A DNA stretch of 62,608 nucleotides, counting the filler. It is 5 parts of 5 records of this genome, joined end to end, with 100 filler letters (N's around TTAATTAATTAA, not from the genome) between each part and the next. Parts side by side here need not be neighbours in the genome. Positions count along the whole stretch, not along the records: positions 37,819 to 56,952 come from SRR31156797_4224; positions 57,053 to 62,608 come from SRR31156797_4257; 3 more parts are not named here. One strand, 5' to 3'. Below are positions 49,346 to 59,109 of this stretch, one piece after another. The notes under the pieces are model-generated. The model was not told where the DNA came from. It searched no databases and saw only the letters and a program-made list of their open reading frames with translations. The position numbers and the translations under genes are program-made. Within the stretch, counting starts at the first letter, position 1, and each line of letters begins with the position of its first letter.

Positions 49346-52300
49346 ATGAATAGTGAAATAAAAAAGAAATTAGAAAACCATTTTGAGGAAATTTTTGATA
49401 GTGTATTGTCAAAACAAAACCCAATAACAGGTTTACTTCCTGCAAGTACAGCAATAAATGCACATGGAGATTATACTGATGCATGGGTAAGAGATAATGT
49501 GTACAGTATTTTGTGTGTTTGGGGATTAAGTTTAGCCTACAAAAAATTTGACCCAGATGATTATAAAAGCTACTTACTTTCTCAAAGTGTTGTAAAACTT
49601 ATGAGAGGATTACTTGTTTCTATGATGAAACAAAGTGATAAAGTAGAACGCTTCAAATACTCTTTAAATCCTTTAGATGCACTTCATGCAAAATATGGAA
49701 CTTCAAATGGTCTACCTGTAGTAGGAGATAACGAATGGGGTCATCTTCAACTTGATGCAACATCTTTATATGTTTTAACATTAACTCAAATGATATCTTC
49801 TGGATTAAGAATAATTTATACTATAGATGAAGTTAATTTTGTTCAAAACTTGGTTCATTATATCAGTAAAACATATTGTACCCCTGATTATGGTATTTGG
49901 GAAAGAGGACATAAGATAAATACCGGAACCCCTGAAATAAACTGTAGTTCAGTAGGTATGGCAAAAGCTGCATTGGAAGCAATTGATGGTTTTAATCTTT
50001 TTGGAAACTATGTAGGGAAAGAAGCAATTATACATGTTGTTCCTAGTGACATAGCAAGATCACGATTTACTTTAAAAGAGTTATTACCTAGAGAATCAAG
50101 TTCAAAAGAAACTGATGCAGCACTTTTAAGTATTATTGGATATCCAGCTTATGCAGTCGAAGATATTTCTTTAGTAAGAAAAACAAAAGAGAAAATTCTA
50201 GATAAACTTGCGGGTAATTATGGATGCAAAAGATTTTTACTTGATGGACATCAAAGTTCTATAGAGGATAGTTCAAGACTTCATTATGAAAAATCAGAGC
50301 TAAGAGAGTTTGAAAACATAGAATCTGAATGGCCACTTTTTTTCACTTATCTTTTAATAGACTCTTTAATGCGAGAAGATAAAATAGATGCACAAAACTG
50401 GCTAAATAAACTTGAACCTTTGTTTATTGAAAAAGATGGGAAAAAACTTCTCCCTGAACTTTTCTTTGTTCCAAATACTGTGTTAGAAAAAGAAAAAGAA
50501 AATCCAAAATCTCAAAAAAGAGTTGCAAATGACAACTTGCCACTTGTATGGGCACAAAGCTTATATTTTTTATCAAGTATGATTCTTGATGGAATATTAA
50601 ATATAAATGATATTGACCCATTAGGTAGAAGAAAAAGGTTAGGATATACAAGAAATACTTATCCTTTAGTGTCTATACTTTGTGAAAATGAGATAGTAAA
50701 ACAAAAACTTTTAAATTTGGGTTTTGAAGCGCAAACATTAGAAGAAGTAAAACCCTTAAAGGTTGCTCATGCATCTGAGTTATCTTCAGTTCATAAAATC
50801 ATTGGAAAAAACGATAAACTAGGATTAACAGGAAGACCACAATGGGTACCAAGGTCAATTACAACTGCGCGACTTCATATCCTAGCTGGGGAATATATTG
50901 TATTTTTACCATATTATTTCAATCCTAAAGGGTTTTATTTTTGTTATGATAATACTTTACTTGTGGAGCATTTTAGGTCATCATTGAAGTTTCTTTCTAT
51001 ACATTGGGATCAAGCTGGACAAGCAATAATGCCTTTCTTAGTAAGAGAGGATATGTTAGAAGAGAAAGAAAATAATGAAGTGTTAAAATTTCTTTATGAT
51101 TTATCTAATGATATTCTTATTAAAACTTCATCTTTGGAGCAACTTCTTACAACAGCTGGAGTAGAAAGAATTGACAATCTTCATGGCTACAAGTTAGAAG
51201 ATTTTAATTTAGGAAATGAAAAAAGAACCTTTTATAGTTCAGCCTTTTTAGGGGGTGAAATAAATGATGAAGATTATAAACCAAATACTCAGAAATATGA
51301 ATTTTTAGATGATAAAGAGTTAAGTACTTTACTAACTTCCAAAATACCTATAATTGAGAAAACATATATTTTAGAGTTATTATCAAATAAACATGGTTTA
51401 GAGTATAAAATTATAGAAGATGAAAAAGAGATATCTTTATATACTATTGCTTTACAATACTACGAAAATGCATCTTCTTGCCATGATTGGGCTATTTTAA
51501 GAAAAGTAAGTAATATCTTAAATTTTGTTGATGAAAGACTTGAAGATGCTCTTTTAGAGATAATAATTAGACAAAAAAGATTAGCTGTGGGTAGGGCATA
51601 TAGTGAAGATGCAATCTTATCAAGAACAATTGACAATAATTCTATTCTTGAAAAAATCAATAAATTTTGTGGAAAAAATTCTGCTGAAAAGGCTTTAACT
51701 CAAGAGCTTCTTTTACATTTAGGACATATTATAAGAAGTGAACCAGAACTTTTTGAAGGGATGTTGACTTTAAGAACTTGGTATATAGTTCAACTTTTAG
51801 TTTCACAAATATGTAAAGAGAAAAAAATATCTATTCCTTTAGGATACGAATATTTAATAACCCTTGCACCAAATGAAATATATAAAAAATTAAAAATAGT
51901 TTTGGAGTCTTTTTCTTCAAATGTTGGAAATATGAAAAAACAAGAAAATCTATATATCTCAGGTGTTTCAACTATCGATAACCTTGTATCTTCAAATGAG
52001 TTAGAAGAGGAAAAAGAGGTTGAGAATTGGGCATTATGGAGAGTTGAAGCTGGAATGATTTCAAAGTTACCTAAAACATTTTATGAAGATGTTTGGTATC
52101 TTCTTCAACAATGTGAAGGCTTAGTTATTGGAGATAAGTATAATCAAAACAATAGAATAGGTTCTGATTTGACTTTGGATACAACAGCTGGTGAAAGAAA
52201 CTTTGATTTACGAATCGATTCTTTACTTCAAAGTATTGAAGCAACAGATTATAGAGAGTTGAACTTTGAAGTGTTGCAAGCTTTGTCTAGAATATTTAAA

Positions 52301-52522
52301 GAAAACCCCGATATTAAGTTAGAAACTGACCTTTTGTTAGATGTTCTTATTGGTCATGCTGTTAGAATTTCTTGGGAACAAACAGAAGCTGATATGAATC
52401 TTTATGATGAAGAGAAAGGAAAAGCTTGGGCTTACTTTTATAGGTTATCTCCTAAAAAGGTTGATAAGTATTTTATAGAGGCATTTATGTATCTTTTAAC
52501 TCTAAATGAGGAGAGTAAATGA
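49346..52522 (+). CDS. Phosphorylase kinase alpha/beta-like protein (GH15-like domain)
   Basis: QNPITGLLPAS, AWVRDNVYS, WGHLQLDA, PDYGIWERG, LLPRESSSKETDA, GCKRFLLDG, EWPLFF, LPELF, PLVWAQSLY. Confidence 0.88.
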   Translation: MNSEIKKKLENHFEEIFDSVLSKQNPITGLLPASTAINAHGDYTDAWVRDNVYSILCVWGLSLAYKKFDPDDYKSYLLSQSVVKLMRGLLVSMMKQSDKVERFKYSLNPLDALHAKYGTSNGLPVVGDNEWGHLQLDATSLYVLTLTQMISSGLRIIYTIDEVNFVQNLVHYISKTYCTPDYGIWERGHKINTGTPEINCSSVGMAKAALEAIDGFNLFGNYVGKEAIIHVVPSDIARSRFTLKELLPRESSSKETDAALLSIIGYPAYAVEDISLVRKTKEKILDKLAGNYGCKRFLLDGHQSSIEDSSRLHYEKSELREFENIESEWPLFFTYLLIDSLMREDKIDAQNWLNKLEPLFIEKDGKKLLPELFFVPNTVLEKEKENPKSQKRVANDNLPLVWAQSLYFLSSMILDGILNINDIDPLGRRKRLGYTRNTYPLVSILCENEIVKQKLLNLGFEAQTLEEVKPLKVAHASELSSVHKIIGKNDKLGLTGRPQWVPRSITTARLHILAGEYIVFLPYYFNPKGFYFCYDNTLLVEHFRSSLKFLSIHWDQAGQAIMPFLVREDMLEEKENNEVLKFLYDLSNDILIKTSSLEQLLTTAGVERIDNLHGYKLEDFNLGNEKRTFYSSAFLGGEINDEDYKPNTQKYEFLDDKELSTLLTSKIPIIEKTYILELLSNKHGLEYKIIEDEKEISLYTIALQYYENASSCHDWAILRKVSNILNFVDERLEDALLEIIIRQKRLAVGRAYSEDAILSRTIDNNSILEKINKFCGKNSAEKALTQELLLHLGHIIRSEPELFEGMLTLRTWYIVQLLVSQICKEKKISIPLGYEYLITLAPNEIYKKLKIVLESFSSNVGNMKKQENLYISGVSTIDNLVSSNELEEEKEVENWALWRVEAGMISKLPKTFYEDVWYLLQQCEGLVIGDKYNQNNRIGSDLTLDTTAGERNFDLRIDSLLQSIEATDYRELNFEVLQALSRIFKENPDIKLETDLLLDVLIGHAVRISWEQTEADMNLYDEEKGKAWAYFYRLSPKKVDKYFIEAFMYLLTLNEESK

Positions 52523-53505
52523 TTTTAAGTGGAGATATTGGTGGAACAAAAACAAAACTAGCACTTTATTCTATTGAAGAAAAAGATTTAAAACTAGTTT
52601 TTGAAATGCAATATGAAAGTAAAGAGTTTGATACATTTACAAAAATCTTAGATAGTTTTAAAGAACAAGCCCCAAGTTTTAAAGTAGATGCGGTAACCAT
52701 TGGAATAGCTGGACCCATAATTGAACAAAGATGTAGAACCACAAACTTACCTTGGGATATAAGTGCTTTTGAGTTGGAAAAATATTTTGATACAAAAAAA
52801 GTAAAACTATTAAATGATTTGGAAGCAACTGCTTATGGCATGTTGTACTTAAAAGATGAAGAGTTTTTAGATTTAAATAAAAACGCAAGAGATATAAAAG
52901 GAAATATTGCAGTAATAGCTGCAGGAACAGGTTTAGGTGAAGCGATACTTTATTTTGATGGCAATTCATATTTTCCAATAGGAACAGAGGGTGGACACAG
53001 TGATTTTGCACCAATTAGTTCTCAACAAGATGAGTTATTAGTTTGGCTTAGAAAAAGATATCCTGGTCATGTAAGTTATGAACGAGTAGCATCAGGTATG
53101 GGAATCTCTACAATATATGAGTTTCTACTTGAAAGCCAATTTGCACAAGAGCCAAGTGAAATGAAAACTATAAAAGATAATGAAGACAAAAGTGCAAAGA
53201 TAAGTAGATGCGCTTTAGAACAAAATGACCCATTGTGTATAGAGACACTAAAACTTTTTGCAGAGATTTATGCAGCAGAAGCTGGTAACCTTGCACTAAA
53301 ATCTATGTCTTTAGGAGGAGTTTTTATTGGTGGTGGAATTGCACCTAAAATCTTACCTATTATAAAAAGTGATTACTTTTTAAATGCATTTTTTTCAAAA
53401 GGAAGATTCGAAGAGTTGCTAAGATATATGCCATTAAGGGTATCTTTAAATCAAAATACTGCTTTATTAGGTGCAACTAGGTATGCTTACGATAAATTGA
53501 TTTAA
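52519..53505 (+). CDS. glk: Glucokinase (E. coli Glk type)
   Basis: GDIGGTK, IAGP, TNLPW, LLNDLEA, GTGLG, EGGH, ERVASG, GGGIAPK. Confidence 0.93.
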   Translation: MILSGDIGGTKTKLALYSIEEKDLKLVFEMQYESKEFDTFTKILDSFKEQAPSFKVDAVTIGIAGPIIEQRCRTTNLPWDISAFELEKYFDTKKVKLLNDLEATAYGMLYLKDEEFLDLNKNARDIKGNIAVIAAGTGLGEAILYFDGNSYFPIGTEGGHSDFAPISSQQDELLVWLRKRYPGHVSYERVASGMGISTIYEFLLESQFAQEPSEMKTIKDNEDKSAKISRCALEQNDPLCIETLKLFAEIYAAEAGNLALKSMSLGGVFIGGGIAPKILPIIKSDYFLNAFFSKGRFEELLRYMPLRVSLNQNTALLGATRYAYDKLI

Positions 53506-53514
53506 AGGAAGGGA

Positions 53515-56280
53515 TTGAATCAACTAATTACGAACAATCAAAATAGTAATTTTTATAACCACCTAACTGAACTTTTAGAAACTTGTAACTCTTTTACTTT
53601 TAATGTAGCATTTATTAACTATTCAGGGATACAACTTCTTTTGAATAGTCTAGAAAAATGTAGAAAAAGGGGAGTAAAAGGTAAAATTATTACATCTACT
53701 TATTTGGATTTTACAGAACCAAAAGCTTTAGAGAAGTTATTAGAGTTTGACAATATTGAGTTGAAAGTTTATACTTCAAAGCAACAAGGTTTTCACTCAA
53801 AAGCATATATTTTTGAATATGAAGATGAATACAAAACTCTCTTAGGCTCTTCAAATGTAACTGCAAGTGCATTTAAGACAAATATCGAATGGAATATTAA
53901 AACCACAAACAAACAAGATGATAGTTTTATAAATAAAGTATTTGATGAGTTTTCTACTCTTTGGGACGAAAGTGTTTTTGTAAGTAAGGAGTTTTTATCT
54001 CAATATTCTGCACATAAACAAAAAATTCAAAATACAGGGTTTACTTTTAAAGAAGAGATTAAAGCCAATAAGATGCAACAAAAAGCATTAGAAAGACTAG
54101 AGTTTTTTAGAAAAAATGGTGAAAATAAAGCTTTAGCAATAGCAGCAACAGGTACAGGAAAAACTTATTTAGCAGCTTTAGATGTGAAAAATTTCAAAGC
54201 AAAAAGTTTATTATTTGTTGTACATAGAGAAAATATTTTAAAAAAAGCGAAACAAAGCTTTGAGAAGATTTTTGAAAATGTATCAATGGGATTATTCACT
54301 GGAAATAAAAAAGAGTTAGACAAGAAGTTTGTGTTTGCAACAGTACAAACTCTAAGTACAAACTATGAAGTTTTCAAAAAAACACATTTTGATTATATTA
54401 TATTTGATGAAGCGCATCATATAACAAGTCCTTCATATGAAAAGATATTAAACTATTTTACTTCAAAGTTTCAATTAGGTTTGACTGCTACACCTAATAG
54501 AATGGATGAGTGTTCTATTTATGAAGTTTTTGATGATAATATAGCTTGTGATATTAGGCTAGAAGAGGCTTTGGAGTATAAGCTAATCTCATCTTTTCAT
54601 TATTATGGTGTAAGTGATATAAAAGAGCTTGACTATGAAAATATTGATATAAAAGATATTGATGCATTAGCTAAGTTTCTAATGGTAAATAGAAGAGTTG
54701 ATTTTATAATTGAAAAGATGAAATTCTATGGATTTTCAGGTAAAAAAAGAAGAGTATTAGGATTTTGTAGTTCCAAAGAACACGCAAAGTATATGAGTGA
54801 TAAGTTCAATAAAAAAGGGATTTGCTCAGTTGCTTTAACTAGTGAGAATAGTGTTCAAGAAAGGGAACAAAATATCAAAGATTTGGAAGATGATTTAAAC
54901 CCTTTAGAGGTTATATTTAGTGTTGATATTTTTAATGAAGGTATCGATATTCCATCTATCAATACTGTTTTGATGTTAAGACCTACAAACTCTGCAATTG
55001 TATTTATTCAACAATTAGGAAGAGGGCTTAGAAACCATAAAGGCAAAGAGTTTTTAACTTTAATAGATTTTATAGGTAACCATAAAAAGAGTTTTTTAAT
55101 TGCACTTGCTTTATGTGGAAATAAGATAATTGATAAAGAGAGTATTAAATTTTCTTTATTGAACAACTTTGCAAACTTTAAAAATGCACATATAGTATTA
55201 GATGAGGTTTCAAAAACTAGAATCTTAGAACAAATAAACAATGAAAACTTCAGTAGTTTTAAATATCTAAAGGATAGCTATTTTGATTTTAAAGCTCTTT
55301 TAAATAACAAAATACCAAGTATGCAAGATTTTATAAACTATGATGAATATATCTCTCCTCTTGGATTTATTAGTGAGTCAAAATCTTATGTGGCATTTCT
55401 ATCTAGGGTTGAAAAAGATGAAAAGATAAAAACTATTTGTCAAGATTTAAACTTTTTAAGAGCTTGTTGTTTTTTAGATTACCATTTACCACTAAGAAGA
55501 GTTTATGAGTTTGCAATTTTAAAAGAGTTGATATCAAGTAAAACAATAGATTTGCAAAAAGCTTTTGGGGTTGTAAGTAAGTATTTGAAAAATGTAAATC
55601 TAAAGAGTTTAGAACACAGTTTTTCATATCTAAACCAAGAGTTTTTTGATAGTTCTCAACAAAAAAGATTTTTAAAGTTAGTAGATAAAAAAGATGAGGT
55701 TTTAACTTTATCAAAAGAGTTTGAAACTATCTTAGAAGATAAAACAAAAAAAAGTTTTATAGAAAATTCTTTAAATTATGGGATTGTTACTTATGAAAAA
55801 GAGTTTTCAAATGAAGACTTTGGATTGCCATTTTTCAAACTCTATGAAAAATACAATATGTTGGAGATTGCACTTCTTTCAAATTTCAATAAAATCCATA
55901 GCTCTTTTAGAGGAAGTGGCTTTTTAAAGTTTAAAGATGATTTCTTCTTGTTTATTACTTTAGAAAAAGACAAATATTCAAAAGCTTCAAGGTATATTAA
56001 TAACTTCAAATCAAATGATGTTTTTAATTTTGTAAGTAAACCCTCAATGTCCCAAGAAAAAGGGGATGGATATAGATTAATAAACAACAATAAACAGAAA
56101 GTAAATTTACATATTTTTGTAAGAAAATTCTCACATGTGGATAAAAAAGTTCAAAGATTTATATATTTGGGCTTAGCAGATTGTATAGAATATGAGGGAG
56201 ATAAACCAATAAACACACAATTAAAACTTAGAAAACCTCTTAGTGATAAGTTGTTTGAAGAGTTTACTAAAATTGTTTAG
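53515..56280 (+). CDS. PLD nuclease-SF2 helicase-DUF3427 protein (SauUSI-like type IV restriction enzyme)
   Basis: HSKAY and GSSN (PLD), ATGTGKT, DEAHH, TAT, QQLGRGLR; 921 aa; C-terminal HIFVRK...FIYLG. Confidence 0.82.
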   Translation: MNQLITNNQNSNFYNHLTELLETCNSFTFNVAFINYSGIQLLLNSLEKCRKRGVKGKIITSTYLDFTEPKALEKLLEFDNIELKVYTSKQQGFHSKAYIFEYEDEYKTLLGSSNVTASAFKTNIEWNIKTTNKQDDSFINKVFDEFSTLWDESVFVSKEFLSQYSAHKQKIQNTGFTFKEEIKANKMQQKALERLEFFRKNGENKALAIAATGTGKTYLAALDVKNFKAKSLLFVVHRENILKKAKQSFEKIFENVSMGLFTGNKKELDKKFVFATVQTLSTNYEVFKKTHFDYIIFDEAHHITSPSYEKILNYFTSKFQLGLTATPNRMDECSIYEVFDDNIACDIRLEEALEYKLISSFHYYGVSDIKELDYENIDIKDIDALAKFLMVNRRVDFIIEKMKFYGFSGKKRRVLGFCSSKEHAKYMSDKFNKKGICSVALTSENSVQEREQNIKDLEDDLNPLEVIFSVDIFNEGIDIPSINTVLMLRPTNSAIVFIQQLGRGLRNHKGKEFLTLIDFIGNHKKSFLIALALCGNKIIDKESIKFSLLNNFANFKNAHIVLDEVSKTRILEQINNENFSSFKYLKDSYFDFKALLNNKIPSMQDFINYDEYISPLGFISESKSYVAFLSRVEKDEKIKTICQDLNFLRACCFLDYHLPLRRVYEFAILKELISSKTIDLQKAFGVVSKYLKNVNLKSLEHSFSYLNQEFFDSSQQKRFLKLVDKKDEVLTLSKEFETILEDKTKKSFIENSLNYGIVTYEKEFSNEDFGLPFFKLYEKYNMLEIALLSNFNKIHSSFRGSGFLKFKDDFFLFITLEKDKYSKASRYINNFKSNDVFNFVSKPSMSQEKGDGYRLINNNKQKVNLHIFVRKFSHVDKKVQRFIYLGLADCIEYEGDKPINTQLKLRKPLSDKLFEEFTKIV

Positions 56281-56952
56281 TTTCTATTTAGCCTAATCTC
56301 AAAGATAGCACCATCTTTGCTATTTGAAACTGTAAGTAAACCGTGTAGATGTTTTTCAATTATAATTTTACTCATATAAAGCCCTAGTCCAGTCCCTTGT
56401 GACTGGTGCTTTGTTGTGAAATACGGGTCAAAAATTTTTTCTTGTATATCAACTTCTATTCCCCCGGCATTATCTGATATAGTTATAAATATATACTCTT
56501 TTGTCTCTTTTAACGAGATTTTTATCCAACCATCTTTTATACCATTTTGGTTAATTGCATCTTTTGCGTTATTAATTATGTTAATTAAAACTTGAGAAAG
56601 TTCTTCGGGAATCATTGTAATTTTAATTGGATTAATAAAATCAATATTCTGTTTTAGTTTGATATGATTATTTTCAAGGCTTGCTTGAACAATTTTTAGA
56701 CTTTCTTTTATTTTGTCTTGAAGAACTACCTCTTTTTCTACTCTCTCCTCTTTGATAAAATCTCTAAAAGTATCAATTGTTTGAGATAGATATTTAGTGT
56801 TTTTTACTATTACATCCATATTTTTTGGAATATCACCTTTATTTAGAAGGTTGAATTCATAATTGAGCTTAACTCCACTTGCCATTGTACTTATTGCACT
56901 TAAAGGTTGTCTCCACTGATGTGCAATATTTCCTATCATCTCACCCATTTGT
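56277..56952 (-). CDS. Sensor histidine kinase, C-terminal fragment (5' end lost at contig break)
   Basis: H-box IAHQWRQPL (epsilonproteobacterial type), NAKDA, DNAGG, FDPYFTTK, GTGLGL. Confidence 0.9.
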
Positions 56953-57052
56953 NNNNNNNNNNNNNNNNNNNNNNNNNNNNNNNNNNNNNNNNNNNNTTAA
57001 TTAATTAANNNNNNNNNNNNNNNNNNNNNNNNNNNNNNNNNNNNNNNNNNNN
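56953..57052. other. Artificial contig linker
   Basis: N-run/TTAATTAATTAA/N-run. Confidence 0.98.
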
Positions 57053-57316
57053 GAGGGGTTGGGGTGAGTTCTGATCTCTTAAGTTTACTGTAATACCCTC
57101 GTGGGTACCCGGTCTGCAGACGAACAAGCAGTTCATTATAATTATATTACATTTACTTAGAAAAAATATAACTAAAGACGGAACTAGACTTGATTACCTG
57201 TAACGAGAGTGAGAAATCTCTAAAATTCAACTACATATTACATCTAACTAGATGTTTTCCAAAATCTAAAATAGTATAATACGTATATATGAAAAGTTTA
57301 AGCTGAGGTAAATAAA

Positions 57317-57880
57317 ATGAAATATATCGTATTAATTCTAATAATAACTATATCAATACAAGCTGTTGGTAATAATAAAGAAAAGATCATCTATGAGTTC
57401 ATGAAAAATGAAGAGATAAAATCATGGCTAATTGTAAACGACGGAGTGATGGGTGGATTGTCACAAAGTGCAATGTTCCTGACTGATCAAAGCACTGCTA
57501 TTTTCAAAGGTAATATATCATTAGAGAATAATGGTGGTTTCTCCTCAGTTAGAACCCTATCAAGATCATATGATTTAGAAGGTTTTGACGGTATTTTACT
57601 TCGAATAAAAGGTGATGGACAAACTTATCAATTTCGACTGAGAAAAAGTAATAACTTTGATGGAGTTTCATATAGATATGTGTTTCCTACAGAATCAAAT
57701 GTATGGAAAACTATAAAAATTCCATTTAACGAAGGAATTCCAGTTTTTCGCGGTTTTCGTGTTAAAAATCAACAAGCGATACTTGGTGAAGACGTAAAGC
57801 AAATGGGAATCCTCTTCACAAATAAAAGAGAAGTTGAATTTGAAATGGAGATCGACTGGATAAAAGCATATAAAGAGTAA
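57317..57880 (+). CDS. CIA30 family protein with signal peptide
   Basis: WLIVNDGVMGGLS, SLENNGGFSSVR, KGDGQTY. Confidence 0.9.
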   Translation: MKYIVLILIITISIQAVGNNKEKIIYEFMKNEEIKSWLIVNDGVMGGLSQSAMFLTDQSTAIFKGNISLENNGGFSSVRTLSRSYDLEGFDGILLRIKGDGQTYQFRLRKSNNFDGVSYRYVFPTESNVWKTIKIPFNEGIPVFRGFRVKNQQAILGEDVKQMGILFTNKREVEFEMEIDWIKAYKE

Positions 57881-57886
57881 AATAAT

Positions 57887-57937
57887 CAACCCCTCCCAAA
57901 ATGCGCAAGCGCCTCAGGAGGGGTTCTCTTTATCTTA
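57887..57937. repeat. REP-like palindromic repeat, copy 1
   Basis: CAACCCCTCC...GGAGGGGTTCTCTTTATCTTA; near-identical to 61318-61370. Confidence 0.8.
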
Positions 57938-57979
57938 TCTACTCTATCCAATAATAAACACTTCAAATATAATAAAAAT

Positions 57980-58387
57980 TTACTTACTAATTATTTTTCT
58001 AGCAAAATCCTTAGCATTATTTACGTCATCCTGATTAGGTCTGTTTTTATATCTAAATGCAAATGTACCGGGACAATGAAACTCATCTGTTGAAACACTT
58101 AATCCATTTTTCTCAGCAAGTTTCTTTATTTGCGGATACGCCGATTCTGTTACCGCACTTGTACTAAAGCTAACAACTTCTCCAATTTTAGATGTATTGG
58201 ATTTAAAAAAACTATTAACACCACTAACGATATTTGCATATACCCCACTACCTACGAATAATATATCTACATCTTCATTTAAAGGTACACTAATATCCAG
58301 TGCTTCAACAGCACATTCCATTGCTATTGCATCAGCTATCTTTTTCGTTCTTCCACTTTTACTCGAATATCTAACTGCTATTTTCAT
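57980..58387 (-). CDS. Flavodoxin-like protein
   Basis: YSSKSGRTKKIADAIA, VGSGVY, RPNQDDVNNAKDFA. Confidence 0.88.
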   Translation of the reverse strand: MKIAVRYSSKSGRTKKIADAIAMECAVEALDISVPLNEDVDILFVGSGVYANIVSGVNSFFKSNTSKIGEVVSFSTSAVTESAYPQIKKLAEKNGLSVSTDEFHCPGTFAFRYKNRPNQDDVNNAKDFARKIISK

Positions 58388-58510
58388 TATATTTCCTCCT
58401 CGAAGTTACAATTTGACTTTTCTATGATTTTATTATAAACTATTGTATAAATAAGTCAAGTACAGTCTTTTTTCATACTTAGTATGTTTTATAATACCCA
58501 GGAGGTCGAA

Positions 58511-58888
58511 ATGGAAGATATAAAAACTCTTTGCGGAGAGTGTAAAGTTGATAAATCACTTAAACCTGATTTATGCCCAATATGTGTAACTCAAAGATTA
58601 ATGAAAGGAAAATGGAAGTTAGTTATCCTATATCTTATCAAAGATAAACCACTTCGTTTTTCGGAAATTAAAAGAGCACTACCAAAAGTAACACAAGCAT
58701 ATCTGAGCAGTCAATTAAAAGAACTAGAGCAAAATGGAATAATAAACAGATATTCTTATAACCAAGTTCCACCAAAAGTCGAATACTCTCTTTCTGATAA
58801 AGGTGAAGGATTTTTAAAAATCATACAAGGGATGCACGCTTGGGGAAGCGACTATATTAGCACTGTCATAGCCCCTGATTGTAAGTAA
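58511..58888 (+). CDS. HxlR/HypR-type winged-helix regulator (ORF track start 58484; RBS favours 58511)
   Basis: CP....KGKWKLVIL, RFSEIKR, LSSQLKELE, VPPKVEYSLS. Confidence 0.92.
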   Translation: MEDIKTLCGECKVDKSLKPDLCPICVTQRLMKGKWKLVILYLIKDKPLRFSEIKRALPKVTQAYLSSQLKELEQNGIINRYSYNQVPPKVEYSLSDKGEGFLKIIQGMHAWGSDYISTVIAPDCK

Positions 58889-58929
58889 CAGTGTAATTGG
58901 ATGCTCTCCATTTAAGAATTAAAAAGGCT

Positions 58930-58950
58930 TTAATCCGTGTGCATCAGTGG
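58930..58950. repeat. Short repeat related to the element at 62463-62540
   Basis: ATCCGTGTGCATCAGTG matches ATCCGTGTTCATCTGTG (62523-62539) at 15/17 positions; TTTAAGAATT flanks at both sites. Confidence 0.55.
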
Positions 58951-59109
58951 TTCAAAATTGTCTTTTAAGAATTTAATTCAATTCAAGCGTAAAAATTCAA
59001 TGTTTGTTTTTCTTGTTAACTTTATACAAAAAGAGTATAATTCAGAATGGTTTCACCAGATGCAACTAGCTTATATGAAATCGTAAAATACAAAATGGAG
59101 GTACATATA

